Shown: positions 1 to 10,748, counted from the stretch's first letter. The stretch is 64,000 nucleotides of DNA from an uncultured Bacillota bacterium (GCA_902491575.1 CABUID010000003.1:631-64630), one strand, 5' to 3'. Program-made: numbers and translations. The notes: a model not told the origin generated them from the sequence alone.

Positions 1-38
1 GATTTATTATTATATTTAGCATTTCATCTTTATGTCTA

Positions 39-1394
39 TTATTTAATTCCAAGATAATGTGTTGTAATCATAGAAATCGCTTTGCTATCTTCAATATAAT
101 CTAAAATTGCTTTAGCAAGAGCCTCTCCTTCATTTGGATCTGTTTTACTCCCTAATTCATCCATAATCACAAGTGAATGACGATCGATTTGATTGAGTAT
201 TTCACTGACATTTTTCATATGAGATGAAAAGCCCGATAAAGATTGTTCAATGGATTGTTCATCGCCAATATCAATAAAAATATTTCTAAATACTGGAAGA
301 TTTGCTTTTTTTACAGGCAAAGGCAAACCACATTGATTCATTAAAACAATTAAAGCAATGGTTTTTAAAGCTACCGTTTTTCCACCAGCATTTGGTCCCG
401 ATATCACAATAATTCGATTATTAATACCTCCTAAATGGAAATCGTTTTCAACCACTCTTTCTTTAGGAATTAAAGGATGAAAAGCCCCGATTAAATCAAT
501 TTGATTTTGCTGATTCAAAGTAGCCATTTCATACTGATTATGTAATCCAAAATGTCCCTTTAATAACATAAAAGAAAGTTCAGCTAAAGCATCGTTATTT
601 TTCATTAAAAAATCATATTGTTGATCAATCAATTCACATAATCCTTTAATAATACGTTGAATCTCCACTTCTTCTTCATAATGTAATTGCTCTAACATTG
701 CATTACATTCCATTACGGTATAGGGTTCAATAAAATAGGTACTTTGGGTTGATGAAACATCAATGACAATACCTTTAATTTGATTTTTAAATGCCGCTTT
801 TACAGGTAATACATAATGTGTGCCACGAGTCGCAATATAGTTATCTGAAAGCATAGAAGAATTATTTTTAAGAAAATGATTCAATTTTTCTTTAATTTCC
901 GTTTCATATTTTTTAATTGAATTTCGAATCGTTTTTAATTTACTTGAGGCATGGTCATTTAAGGTGAAATTAGGACTAACGCAATATTTTAATTGGCTAT
1001 ATAAATTATTTAAAGGAACCATTGATTCAATATATTTTAACGTAAAATGTAATTTTTCTATTTCCGCTTTAGAATTACTTACAAATTGTTTACATGATAA
1101 AACAGCTTCCAAAGAAATTACAAAGTCATAAATTTCTTGTAAATTTAATATCCCATTTTTATGAACTTTTTCTAAATAAGGATACAAATCTGGCAATTGA
1201 CTTAAAGAAGGAAAAGTACCTAAATTAACTAATAAATAACCTTCATTGGTTTGATTTAACTGTTCTTGAACGACTTCATCAAAGTAATAAGGCTTCAATT
1301 CATTGATTTTCTTTCGACTTAAATGATTGACATTCCATTTTAAAATCATTTCTTTTATTTTATCAAATTCTAAAATTTCAAATAATTTTTCCAT
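39..1394 (-). CDS. MutS2-family protein: N-terminal MutS2-like region plus MutS domain V ATPase; ends right after the H-loop with no KOW/Smr domains
   Basis: Walker A GPNAGGKT, Walker B LVIMDELGSKTDP and H-loop TTHY are present. The N-terminal half is collinear with B. subtilis MutSB/MutS2. The stop codon sits at 39-41, only 38 nt from the window edge. Confidence 0.7.
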   Translation of the reverse strand: MEKLFEILEFDKIKEMILKWNVNHLSRKKINELKPYYFDEVVQEQLNQTNEGYLLVNLGTFPSLSQLPDLYPYLEKVHKNGILNLQEIYDFVISLEAVLSCKQFVSNSKAEIEKLHFTLKYIESMVPLNNLYSQLKYCVSPNFTLNDHASSKLKTIRNSIKKYETEIKEKLNHFLKNNSSMLSDNYIATRGTHYVLPVKAAFKNQIKGIVIDVSSTQSTYFIEPYTVMECNAMLEQLHYEEEVEIQRIIKGLCELIDQQYDFLMKNNDALAELSFMLLKGHFGLHNQYEMATLNQQNQIDLIGAFHPLIPKERVVENDFHLGGINNRIIVISGPNAGGKTVALKTIALIVLMNQCGLPLPVKKANLPVFRNIFIDIGDEQSIEQSLSGFSSHMKNVSEILNQIDRHSLVIMDELGSKTDPNEGEALAKAILDYIEDSKAISMITTHYLGIK

Positions 1395-1483
1395 TTTGCA
1401 TCACCTTTTTCTTTCTAATTATATCAAAAAATGGTAATATAGACTAGTAAAGTTAAAATTAATTTTAAATTGGAGATTAGCAT

Positions 1484-2503
1484 ATGAAATACCCAAAATT
1501 TTTGAATGAAAAAGATAGCATTGGATTATTGGCCACTTCTTGTGGTAGTAATGTCAATCCTTATCGAATAAGGACGCAAAAAGGAATTCAGTACTTTGAA
1601 AAACTTGGCTATCAAATAAAAAAAGGGCATCGAATTTATCGTAATGTCAATGCTGTCAGTGCACCTGCTTCTTTGCGTGGAAAAGATTTTATGTCTATGT
1701 ATAAAAATAAAAACATTCATTTTTTATGGTCCACTGGCGGAGGAGAAATCATGATGAGTATGTTACCCTTTGTCGACTTTGAGAAAATAAAACAATTATC
1801 CCCTAAATACTTCATGGGATTTTCTGATAATACAAATTTAACTTTTACTTTAACCACTCTTTGTGATATTGCAACGATATATGCTTCATCCATTGGTAGT
1901 TTTGCTTATGATACTCTTCCTTGTGATACAGTGGATACTTATCTTTTAATGCAAGGAAAAAAATTATCTTTTCAATCTTATCCTTTTTATTATGGACCTG
2001 AAAGTCAAACACATTTAAAAGCACCATTAACGCCTTTAAGTTATTATGATGAAAATCTTTGGAAATCGATGGACAATCAATCGTTCAATTTGAGTGGTCG
2101 TATGATTGGTGGTTGTTTAGATATTTTAATCTCTTTATGTGGTACCCGTTACGACCAAGTACGTTCATTCATCGAAAAATATAAAGAAGATGGCATCTTA
2201 TGGTATTTTGATGTATGTGATCTGAATTCCACAGCTCTTTATCGAGCATTATTTCAACTAAAAGAAGCAGGTTGGTTTCAATATGCAAAAGGATTTTTAA
2301 TTGGAAGACCTTTCAATTCTATTACTCCTTTAAATTATAGTTTTTATCAAGCGATTATCGATAGCATTAGCGAATTGAATGTACCTATTTTATATGATGT
2401 CGATATTTCCCATATCCGCCCCTCTATTCCGATTATCAATGGCGCTTATGCAAACATCCAATTTAACGAACATAAAGGAAATATTTCCTTTATCTTAAAA
2501 TAA
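1484..2503 (+). CDS. LD-carboxypeptidase (peptidase S66, muramoyltetrapeptide carboxypeptidase-like)
   Basis: The S66 nucleophile motif GFSDNT (cf. GYSDxT) is present, with a C-terminal His/Glu region and a length of 339 aa. An RBS TGGAGA lies upstream of the ATG at 1484. Confidence 0.7.
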   Translation: MKYPKFLNEKDSIGLLATSCGSNVNPYRIRTQKGIQYFEKLGYQIKKGHRIYRNVNAVSAPASLRGKDFMSMYKNKNIHFLWSTGGGEIMMSMLPFVDFEKIKQLSPKYFMGFSDNTNLTFTLTTLCDIATIYASSIGSFAYDTLPCDTVDTYLLMQGKKLSFQSYPFYYGPESQTHLKAPLTPLSYYDENLWKSMDNQSFNLSGRMIGGCLDILISLCGTRYDQVRSFIEKYKEDGILWYFDVCDLNSTALYRALFQLKEAGWFQYAKGFLIGRPFNSITPLNYSFYQAIIDSISELNVPILYDVDISHIRPSIPIINGAYANIQFNEHKGNISFILK

Positions 2504-2526
2504 TTATAAAGGACACAGACAAATCA

Positions 2527-3834
2527 ATGAATGTTACTATTTATCCATCAAGGTTTATTTTAGAAAAAGCTTTTGCTGGTTCAACTGCTTTGACACATCG
2601 CTATTTAATTGCTTCATGGTTGATGAATGAAGGAATACTTTTTGAAAATGTTCCTGAAAATGAAGATATGGATGCTTTATTGAATTTTTTTAATGCTATT
2701 GGTAAAGATATAATTTATACGAATTCAAATAGTTTGTACATTAAACCATCAAAAAGGAATGATGTTCATCAACTTATAATTAATGTTAAAGACTCCATTA
2801 CAACATTGTTATTATTATTACCTGTTTCTTTACAAATGGCTAAACAAGTTATTTTTCATTGTGATGAAAACTTATTTCATTATTCTTTAACAATTTATGA
2901 GCAACTAGCAAAAGATTGCAATCTTTCTATACAAAAAAAAGATCAACAAATTATTTGTTCAGGAAGCATACATTTAGATTATTATGAACTTGAAGGTAAT
3001 GTTTCTTCTTTGTTTATTATGGGATTAATTATTAATGCTTTGTATCAAAAAAAAGCGACAACAATAAAAATAAATTCCCCTTTTTTATATAAAGATGATG
3101 TTTTAACAGGCATTTTGGTTTTTCAACGTTTTGGTTTTGATATTACAATCAACGAGAACACAATATATATTCACACTAATTTTATTTTTCAATGGGATTA
3201 TCTTTTTATAGAAGCCGATTATATAACGGCAGCCAATTATTTTGCTTTAGCTTGTTTAAATGGAAGTTTATTAGCTTATCATTTTAAAGAAGATTCATTG
3301 CAAGTTAATCAAAAGATTATCCAATATTTAAAAAATATGGGTGGAAATATAAAGTTTATAAAGGAAGATGGTCAAGAAAAACTTTATATGGCTAATAACG
3401 CATTGTTGGAAAAAGGTATTGCCAAACAACTTAGAGGTTGTGATTTTGATTTATGTGAATGTATAGATTTATTTTGTATTCTAATGGTAACGGCTAGTTT
3501 TGCAAATGGGATTTCCCGATTTTTTCATCTAGATTATCTTTGTGGTAAAGAACTTGAAAGAATTTTAAAGATGGTTGAACTTTTAAAAATACTACATGTC
3601 GAAATAAAAAAAGATTTGACTACAATCACAATAAAAGGAAAGAAAGATTATTTTAATAAAATTCAATTACCTTTCATGGATGATGTTCGTATTTTGATGG
3701 CAATCAGTATCTTTGCACTTTTAAATAAGGGAGAAATAAGATTGACAAATGTTGAAAATGTAATGAAAATGGAACCTCATTTTTTAGATAACTTAATATC
3801 CGGTACAAAACAAAATGCTATCCAAATTGACTGA
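2527..3834 (+). CDS. EPSP-synthase-fold (AroA-like enolpyruvyl transferase) protein with substituted substrate-binding residues
   Basis: It is collinear with AroA: AGSTALTHR vs LPGSKSVSNR, GNVSSLFIMGLII vs GSVSSQFLTALLM, YFALACLNG vs YFLAAAAIKG, GKELER vs VKETDR, and DDVRILM vs NDHRMAM. K22 is replaced by T, R100 by L, and R124 is not evident. Confidence 0.6.
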   Translation: MNVTIYPSRFILEKAFAGSTALTHRYLIASWLMNEGILFENVPENEDMDALLNFFNAIGKDIIYTNSNSLYIKPSKRNDVHQLIINVKDSITTLLLLLPVSLQMAKQVIFHCDENLFHYSLTIYEQLAKDCNLSIQKKDQQIICSGSIHLDYYELEGNVSSLFIMGLIINALYQKKATTIKINSPFLYKDDVLTGILVFQRFGFDITINENTIYIHTNFIFQWDYLFIEADYITAANYFALACLNGSLLAYHFKEDSLQVNQKIIQYLKNMGGNIKFIKEDGQEKLYMANNALLEKGIAKQLRGCDFDLCECIDLFCILMVTASFANGISRFFHLDYLCGKELERILKMVELLKILHVEIKKDLTTITIKGKKDYFNKIQLPFMDDVRILMAISIFALLNKGEIRLTNVENVMKMEPHFLDNLISGTKQNAIQID

Positions 3835-3875
3835 TTAACTATCCAAAATAAATAGTGAGCTTTATTATTTAAAAT

Positions 3876-3907
3876 AAAAAATCTACATTTTTATAGTGTA
3901 GATTTTT
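3876..3907. terminator. Bidirectional rho-independent terminator between convergent AroA-like and secDF genes
   Basis: A 12-bp perfect stem aaaaaatctaca/tgtagatttttt has a 9-nt loop and is flanked by A/T runs on both strands. Confidence 0.55.
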
Positions 3908-3919
3908 TCATTTTATTCA

Positions 3920-6424
3920 TTAATCATTAATTCCAATAATGGTCATTTCTTCAGGACCTTTACCTTTTTTCTTTGCAGCCTCTTCTGCAGCTTTAATTGC
4001 TTTTTCTTTTAAATGTTTCATATGACGTTTTTCAAGAATTAACCAGAATGATGGAGCAATAAATAAAGACGAACAAATACCTGAAATCAAACCAACTAGC
4101 ATAGCGATTGAGAAAGCTCTAGTCGCACTGGCACCAATAAAGATAAGTGCAACGACTGGTAGTACAGTGGATAAAGTTGTCCAGAAAGAACGTGTAGCAC
4201 AGTTTTGTAAAGCCTTATTAACAATGTTATAACGACCTTCTTCATCAATATTTCCAAAGTTTGTTTCTTTTGCAATTTCTCTTATTCTATCAAAAATAAC
4301 AACAGTATCATTAATTGAATAACCAATAATTGCTAATACGGCAGAAACAAATTCAACTTGTACCTCAATTCTAAAGATAGCAAAGATAGATAACATGGAC
4401 ATACAGTCAATAAGTAAAGCTAAGATAGATGCAATAGCATAAGTATAACGGAATCGAATAGAAATATAAATAACGATTAATGCAAAGGCTATCAATAAAG
4501 ATAATAAAGCATTAATAACCGTTGCTCTTGCCATTGTTGGTGAAGAAACTTGTTGACTAACCGTCACATAATCTTCATAATCGGTAACTGTAATTAAGCC
4601 AAGTTGATTTAAGACAAGTTCATCAAAACCAGTTAAGAAATCCGTTTCTGAACTATCTGTTCCGATACTAGGAAATTCAATTTTTATAGCTAATGTATTA
4701 CATTCATTTTCATTATCATAAGCTTCGACAATAGAAATGTATTTATCCTCAGGCAACTTATCATCACTAATTGTCGTATACTCACTTAAAAATCTTCTAA
4801 CGGAGTCATTTGTAATTTTACCATTATCATCTTGAATGTGAATCATATCTTCTAAATCTTCAAACAAATCATAATTATTAAAATTAATCGTTGCTGTAGC
4901 ACCTGATTTAAAATCTAAACCAAAATTCAAAACACTATTTCCATTACCAGAAGCAGCACCTGAAATGGCAAAACCACCAGCAAAGCCTATACCAATTCCA
5001 AATACACATAATAAAGCAATTAGAACCTTTTTTGAGTGTTTGACAAAATTGACATTTGCAAACTTGCCAAAGTAAGTTTGGCTTTCCCCTTTATTAATAT
5101 CTGGAACATATTTGGTATTTACACCAAGTAAATGTTTCTTATTATCTAACTTACCACTCTTAATGAGTAAGAACATCAATAAACGAGTTACTAATAACAT
5201 GATAACAACGTTAAATACTGTTGTAATTAATAACATCGTTGCAAATCCTTTTACAGATCTTTTTCCAAAGAAATATAAAGCACATCCTGCAATAATTGTT
5301 GTAATATTCGAGTCTAAAATAGATGATAAAGATTTCTTTGTTGATTCTTCATAAGCAGCTTTAACCGAACGACCTTTATATAACTCATCACTTAATCTTT
5401 CAAATAAAATAATACATGCATCCACCGCCATACCTAAACCGACAACAATAGCCGCAATGGTATCGGGCCCATATTCTCCACCAATTAAATTAAAAACAAC
5501 TAATATCATAGCTGTATAAAACAATAAAGTAATAGAGGAAATTACACCGGGAATTTTGTAAATCAAAATCATCATAATGATAATGGCAATTAAGCCAACA
5601 ATACCAGCAATCAATGATTTATTGAAAGCATCGGCACCAAAAGCGCCATCAACTTTTAAGACATCACTTCTTGTGATTTCAAAATTCATATTACCAGCAG
5701 ATAACAATTTTCCAATTTGACTTGCTTCTTTAGCCGTAAAACTACCTGTAATTTGTGCAGTATCACTTGTTAATGCTTCATTGACTGTCGCGTTAACAAT
5801 GACTTTTTTCGCTGCAGCAGCTTGTTGTTCTACAGTGCCTTCACCAGAATAAGCTGCAAAGTCACCGATATAGCCAGTTTCTTCATTTGGTCCTTCATAG
5901 CCAATCCAGGCAATCATATTGCTTCCAGCAATTGAACCTGTTTTTTCACCAAAAGTTGCTGTATCGGCTATATTTAATAAGACGATAGGTTGCCCTTCAC
6001 TATAAGATAAAACCGCACCATCTTTTTCTTTTAATACAGAACCATCCATTAAAAAATTACCACTGCTATCTGTAAATGTGATTTCTGTATCCGATTCGAT
6101 AAGCGTTAAAACTTCTGCTAATTCAGTTGTATTTTTGGATGAAACACAAACACGAATATGAGAAGCCGAATCATCACCTGGTGTGTTTTCTACGGATACT
6201 TGTGGATTTTTCACACCGGCAATGTCGATACGACCAGCGATGACGTCAGCAATATCTTCAATTGCTGGAAGATCAAAATCATCCTTTTTAGAAATATCGT
6301 ATACGATTTCATATCCACCTTTAAATTCAATACCTAAATTTGGATTTTTAACTGATGGCAATGTGAAAAATACAATAGCCAAAATGGTAAATACCATTGA
6401 AATAAAAGATAATAATCTGCGCAT
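3920..6424 (-). CDS. secDF: Protein translocase subunit SecDF (fused SecD-SecF)
   Basis: The 834-aa protein starts with the SecD N-terminus ...NPNLGIEFKGGYEIVYD and carries the SecF motif GLDFKSGATATINF. It has 12 TM segments and a Lys-rich C-tail. Confidence 0.9.
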   Translation of the reverse strand: MRRLLSFISMVFTILAIVFFTLPSVKNPNLGIEFKGGYEIVYDISKKDDFDLPAIEDIADVIAGRIDIAGVKNPQVSVENTPGDDSASHIRVCVSSKNTTELAEVLTLIESDTEITFTDSSGNFLMDGSVLKEKDGAVLSYSEGQPIVLLNIADTATFGEKTGSIAGSNMIAWIGYEGPNEETGYIGDFAAYSGEGTVEQQAAAAKKVIVNATVNEALTSDTAQITGSFTAKEASQIGKLLSAGNMNFEITRSDVLKVDGAFGADAFNKSLIAGIVGLIAIIIMMILIYKIPGVISSITLLFYTAMILVVFNLIGGEYGPDTIAAIVVGLGMAVDACIILFERLSDELYKGRSVKAAYEESTKKSLSSILDSNITTIIAGCALYFFGKRSVKGFATMLLITTVFNVVIMLLVTRLLMFLLIKSGKLDNKKHLLGVNTKYVPDINKGESQTYFGKFANVNFVKHSKKVLIALLCVFGIGIGFAGGFAISGAASGNGNSVLNFGLDFKSGATATINFNNYDLFEDLEDMIHIQDDNGKITNDSVRRFLSEYTTISDDKLPEDKYISIVEAYDNENECNTLAIKIEFPSIGTDSSETDFLTGFDELVLNQLGLITVTDYEDYVTVSQQVSSPTMARATVINALLSLLIAFALIVIYISIRFRYTYAIASILALLIDCMSMLSIFAIFRIEVQVEFVSAVLAIIGYSINDTVVIFDRIREIAKETNFGNIDEEGRYNIVNKALQNCATRSFWTTLSTVLPVVALIFIGASATRAFSIAMLVGLISGICSSLFIAPSFWLILEKRHMKHLKEKAIKAAEEAAKKKGKGPEEMTIIGIND

Positions 6425-6742
6425 TAGGTTGCCCCCTTTAAATCAAATAAATATTACTTATCTATACAAGTAAGTATTCGCGTGTAATATATAAATATAT
6501 ATATTAAAAAATACTTGCTCATATACTTTACCATTTTTTTAGAAAATAAGCAATAAAAAAGGTAAAATATCCTTAAAAAATTTAAATATAAATCGATTCA
6601 TTATCAATTTTAGAAAAAAAATTCTTAATATCTTTATTTTTTAGGGAATATATGCAAAGAAAATAGCTTTCTTTTCATTTAAAAAATTTAAAGGGGTCAC
6701 TCATATACTTTATTTGTTTTTCATAAAATAAATCATGAGAAG

Positions 6743-8107
6743 GTGACGACTATCAAAAAGAATTTTTTAAAATCGATAACTAATCTAATTTTTATTAGTG
6801 TTTTAGCAAAACTTCTTTCTGTTTTGGCAAAAATTATCATCGCAAGAAAAATTTCAACGTTGGCAATGTCTGTATATTCCCTAACTTTACCAACACTTAC
6901 TTTACTACTAAATATTGCCCAACTTGGCATTCCTACAACCATTTCAAAACTCATAGCTAAAAAAAGATACCCGACATTTAAAATTATGCAAGTAAGTTTA
7001 TTTGTCTTACTTGGAATCGATTTATTGATAGGAGTTATCTACATTTTTTTTGTTCCAACGATTGCCAATGTATATTTAAAAAATGAACTCACATTACCCA
7101 CACTTTATGGTATGGTTTTATTACTTCCTTTAATTTCTTTAACTTCTTTATTAAAGGGTTACTTTATTGGTATTGACAAGGTTGAAAAAACTACTCATTG
7201 TCAAATTAGTGAAGAACTTTCAAGATTGCTTTTTATTGTTATTTTTGTTGAAATGATTGATAAAAATAATATTTCATTTTTATCTTTTTTTGCCATGTTT
7301 TCGACGATTATTGGGGAAATTGCTTCCCTTATTCATTTATTAATCTCCATGAAACTAAAAGATCGAAAAATCTTAAAAAGACTACAAAAAGATAACATGG
7401 AAAATGAAATCATTATGAAAAATATCATGAAGTTTTCTTTAATGAGTACTTCTACTCGAATCATTGGCTCCGTCATCTATTTTCTAGAGCCTATTATTTA
7501 TACCTATTTGATGTTAAAAGTTGGAGTTTCTCAAAATGATTTAACATTAGAATATGGTATTGTCAATAGTTATGTATTTCCTTTATTATTATTGCCATCT
7601 TTCTTTGCAAATTGCATTTCCGTTTATATGCTCCCCAAATTATCTAGTCAAATTGAAAAAGGGAATTACAAAAAATCAAAAAATATATTTTTAAGTGTTT
7701 TAGCTCTTTCTTTTTTCTCAGGTTTTATTTGCCTTTTTTTCATTCAGATGTTTCCTGAATTCTTTTCAAAAATATTATATGGAAAAGTCATTGGAATCGA
7801 ATACATAAAAAAATATAGTTTTTTAATAAGTGTTTATTTTTTGCAATACCCCATTCATGTCGCCCTTATTGCGTTTGACAAAGAAAAATCTCTTTTATAT
7901 GAATCCATTATTTGTAATGGTATTCGTATTCTTTGCTTTTATCTTTTAATTCCTTTATATAAGACAGATGGCATGATTATAGCGATTTTAATATCGATTT
8001 ATTTATCTTGCATCATTCACTTTATCACTTTATTTAGAAGTTTTGCTTTTCTTAAAAATAAAAGTAAAATTGTCATTAATATAAAGACACAAACGAATAT
8101 CACTTAA
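6743..8107 (+). CDS. MOP-superfamily flippase (MurJ/Wzx/SpoVB-like polysaccharide or lipid II flippase)
   Basis: This is a 454-aa polytopic membrane protein with a MurJ/SpoVB-like N-terminus (IFISVLAKLLSVLAKIIIARKIS). The GTV start is uncertain (GTG at 6743). Confidence 0.55.
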   Translation: MTTIKKNFLKSITNLIFISVLAKLLSVLAKIIIARKISTLAMSVYSLTLPTLTLLLNIAQLGIPTTISKLIAKKRYPTFKIMQVSLFVLLGIDLLIGVIYIFFVPTIANVYLKNELTLPTLYGMVLLLPLISLTSLLKGYFIGIDKVEKTTHCQISEELSRLLFIVIFVEMIDKNNISFLSFFAMFSTIIGEIASLIHLLISMKLKDRKILKRLQKDNMENEIIMKNIMKFSLMSTSTRIIGSVIYFLEPIIYTYLMLKVGVSQNDLTLEYGIVNSYVFPLLLLPSFFANCISVYMLPKLSSQIEKGNYKKSKNIFLSVLALSFFSGFICLFFIQMFPEFFSKILYGKVIGIEYIKKYSFLISVYFLQYPIHVALIAFDKEKSLLYESIICNGIRILCFYLLIPLYKTDGMIIAILISIYLSCIIHFITLFRSFAFLKNKSKIVINIKTQTNIT

Positions 8108-8680
8108 ACTCTTTGCTTTACTAGCTTTTACTTTTTCAAGCAAATACTTTTCATCAATATTTAATTTTTTCAAGTTATCTTTATCAATTACTCCATCCGT
8201 TATGAGAGGATCTGGAAAATTTGAAATCGAATCTTTATAAGTTATAACTGAAAGTTTTCCCGAATTTTCAAGAATAGCCCAACGTATTAAAGTAACACTA
8301 TCAATCCCTTTTTCCCTGATTTGATTGTATAAATCGTCAATGGTATACCTTTGTTTTTTCATTTCTTCAAAATCAATATTACCGTTATCGATGATAATGG
8401 ATTTTTTTCCATCAATAAAATCTCTTATCTTTTTATTTTTCATCGTAATAAATGCAAGGGTTATTTGAAGGAAACATAAAATAGCTACAGAAATAATCGT
8501 AAAGAGTATGGGAATTTGGTGATCGACTATGGCCATCGTTATTAAATCAGATATTGTAAAATAAACGGCTAAGTCAAATATAGACAAACTACCCACTTCT
8601 CTTTTACCCATAATACGAATAATAATTATTAAATAAAAATACATTAATATAGTATATAAAACCACTTTTAGAATATCCAT
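8030..8680 (-). CDS. DUF421 (YetF-like) membrane protein
   Basis: The N-terminus IIIRIMGKREVGSLSIFDLAVYFTISDLI is typical of DUF421. The 3' end overlaps the convergent flippase ORF by 78 nt. Confidence 0.55.
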   Translation of the reverse strand: MDILKVVLYTILMYFYLIIIIRIMGKREVGSLSIFDLAVYFTISDLITMAIVDHQIPILFTIISVAILCFLQITLAFITMKNKKIRDFIDGKKSIIIDNGNIDFEEMKKQRYTIDDLYNQIREKGIDSVTLIRWAILENSGKLSVITYKDSISNFPDPLITDGVIDKDNLKKLNIDEKYLLEKVKASKAKSLSDIRLCLYINDNFTFIFKKSKTSK

Positions 8681-8715
8681 TTTTTTAATCTCCTAAAGAA
8701 TATTTTTAACAAGTC

Positions 8716-9105
8716 TTGAATATATATACTTTAGGTGAGCTTATGAAAAAAATTATTTTATCTACTTTCATTTCAATTATTACTTTAGTTTTATTATCTT
8801 TTATTAGTGCAGTTATTATCTCTTATCTCCAATATAACAAAGGGGTAAAGATCAATGCCTATGTCATTCAAGCCTTATCTATTTTATTCTTTTTATTTGC
8901 GGGAATGATTTATGGATTTATAAATAAAAAACAAGGATTACTTGGTTCTGCCATTTTTATCCTTGTCTATTTGATTTTTATTCTTATTTTTGATGTATTT
9001 ACAAAATCCCATGAAATAACAAAATTTTATTTCTTATTCATCATGGGAAAATGTATTGCTTATAGCGCTGGTGCCATTATAAGTGTGAATCTAAAACGTC
9101 ACTAA
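8716..9105 (+). CDS. Small hypothetical membrane protein (4 TM)
   Basis: An RBS AGGTGA precedes the start. The ORF is hydrophobic with no recognisable motif. Confidence 0.4.
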   Translation: MNIYTLGELMKKIILSTFISIITLVLLSFISAVIISYLQYNKGVKINAYVIQALSILFFLFAGMIYGFINKKQGLLGSAIFILVYLIFILIFDVFTKSHEITKFYFLFIMGKCIAYSAGAIISVNLKRH

Positions 9106-10109
9106 AACAAAGACGTTTGATAAGGAATTTTTAGATGTTTATAAGCTTTTTCTGTAACAATACGACCACGAGGTGTTCGATTAATCAATCCTTGTTGGAG
9201 CAAATAAGGTTCATAGACATCTTCTAAAGTAACTTCCTCTTCCCCAATAGCAGCAGCTATGGATTCTATCCCAACTGGTCCACCTTTGAAACGTTCAATA
9301 ATACCTTTTAAATAACGAATATCTACGTCATCTAAACCAAGTTCATCCACTTTTAAAGCGTTCAATGCCGTTTGGGTTACTTCAAGATTTATGATACTAT
9401 CATTTACAACTGTAGCAAAATCACGTACGCGGCGAAAGAGTCGATTGGCAATTCGAGGAGTTCCTCTACTTCTTCTAGCGAGTTCAATAGCCGCTTCTTC
9501 AGATAAGGCATTATTATAAACTTTCGAAGTTCTGACAACAATTTGTTTAATTTCTTCTAAGCCATAATAATCCAATTTAAAAACAATGCCGAATCGATCT
9601 CTTAACGGAGCAGAAACATCTCCAACTCGAGTTGTAGCTCCTACTAAAGTAAAAGGTGGTAAATCAATAGAAATAGAATGTGCACTGCTATCTTTTCCTA
9701 CGACAATATTAATAACATAATCTTCCATGGCAGCATATAAAACTTCTTCAACCACCTTTGGTAGTCGGTGAATTTCATCGATAAACAAAACATCTCCTGG
9801 TTCAAGCATGGACAAAATGGAAGCCAAATCACCAGTTTTTTCAATGGCTGGACCACTTGCAATTCGAATATTTGCAGATTTTTCATGAGCAATTACATGA
9901 GCTAATGTTGTCTTACCAAGTCCAGGAGGACCATAAATTAATACATGATCTAAAGCTTCTTCTCTTTTGTTAGAAGCTTTTATAAATATGGACAAATTCT
10001 TTTTCATATTTTCTTGTCCAATATACTCATTTAAAGTGGAAGGTCTAAGTTTTAACTCATCTTCATCGTCAGTGTAATTTTTAGTCGAATCTAAAACTCT
10101 TTCATTCAC
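9102..10109 (-). CDS. ruvB: Holliday junction branch-migration helicase RuvB
   Basis: Motifs [13 protein letters not shown] and Walker [10 protein letters not shown] are present, with the AAA+ sensor region. Length is 335 aa. Confidence 0.95.
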   Translation of the reverse strand: MNERVLDSTKNYTDDEDELKLRPSTLNEYIGQENMKKNLSIFIKASNKREEALDHVLIYGPPGLGKTTLAHVIAHEKSANIRIASGPAIEKTGDLASILSMLEPGDVLFIDEIHRLPKVVEEVLYAAMEDYVINIVVGKDSSAHSISIDLPPFTLVGATTRVGDVSAPLRDRFGIVFKLDYYGLEEIKQIVVRTSKVYNNALSEEAAIELARRSRGTPRIANRLFRRVRDFATVVNDSIINLEVTQTALNALKVDELGLDDVDIRYLKGIIERFKGGPVGIESIAAAIGEEEVTLEDVYEPYLLQQGLINRTPRGRIVTEKAYKHLKIPYQTSLF

Positions 10110-10118
10110 TCAACACAC

Positions 10119-10691
10119 CTACTTTCTTAACATTTGTAAGCATTCTTTGATAATATTAGAAGTTTGCTTATTTTCAATATTTTCTATTTTATTAATCGCT
10201 GAATCAATTTCGCTTACTTTAAAGCCAAATTGCCTCAATGCATCATAAACATCACTATAAATTTCATTCTTTTTGGATGAAGGTTTATTCGAATCATCAT
10301 CACTTACTAATTTACCTTTTAAATCCAAAACAATTTGTTGAGCTGCTTTGGGTCCAATGGCTGGTAATTTTTTTAAGAAAGCTATATTTCCAAGTTCAAT
10401 AGCTGTAATTAAAGCATTGGTTGTTGTGGCGCCTAAAATACCATTTGCTGTCTTGGGACCTATCCCACTCACATTGATTAATCGTAAAAATAAATCTTGT
10501 TCCTGTTTCGTTTTAAAACCATATAAGGATACTCCATCTTCTTTCACTTGAAAATAAGTGTATACTAATGCTCTTCCGTAAGTGTAATCTTGTGGTTTTC
10601 CAACATAGACTTGGTAGCCTACTCCATTAACATCTATTAAAATACATTCTGCATTAATTTCAACGATATCTCCCTTTAAAAAAGCTATCAT
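10119..10691 (-). CDS. ruvA: Holliday junction DNA-binding protein RuvA
   Basis: The N-terminus MIAFLKGDIVEI...GVGYQV is RuvA-like and HhH motifs IGPKTA/IGPKAA are present. It lies directly upstream of ruvB. Confidence 0.9.
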   Translation of the reverse strand: MIAFLKGDIVEINAECILIDVNGVGYQVYVGKPQDYTYGRALVYTYFQVKEDGVSLYGFKTKQEQDLFLRLINVSGIGPKTANGILGATTTNALITAIELGNIAFLKKLPAIGPKAAQQIVLDLKGKLVSDDDSNKPSSKKNEIYSDVYDALRQFGFKVSEIDSAINKIENIENKQTSNIIKECLQMLRK

Positions 10692-10748
10692 TTTATCACC
10701 ACCATATCATTTTAATTATACAATAAATACAATAAGTATTCAAATTAT

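Noticed and set aside
1526-2027. Antisense ORFs of 64 aa and 60 aa inside the LD-carboxypeptidase gene
   Set aside because: Fully embedded in the opposite strand of a well-supported CDS, with no RBS and low-complexity sequence.
5112-6473. 80-aa and 96-aa ORFs antisense to secDF
   Set aside because: Embedded in an essential, well-conserved gene on the other strand, so I treat them as spurious.
6425-6742. AT-rich 318-bp divergent intergenic region scanned for CRISPR-like or tandem repeats
   Set aside because: No periodic repeats were found. The region is consistent with divergent promoters for secDF and the flippase gene.
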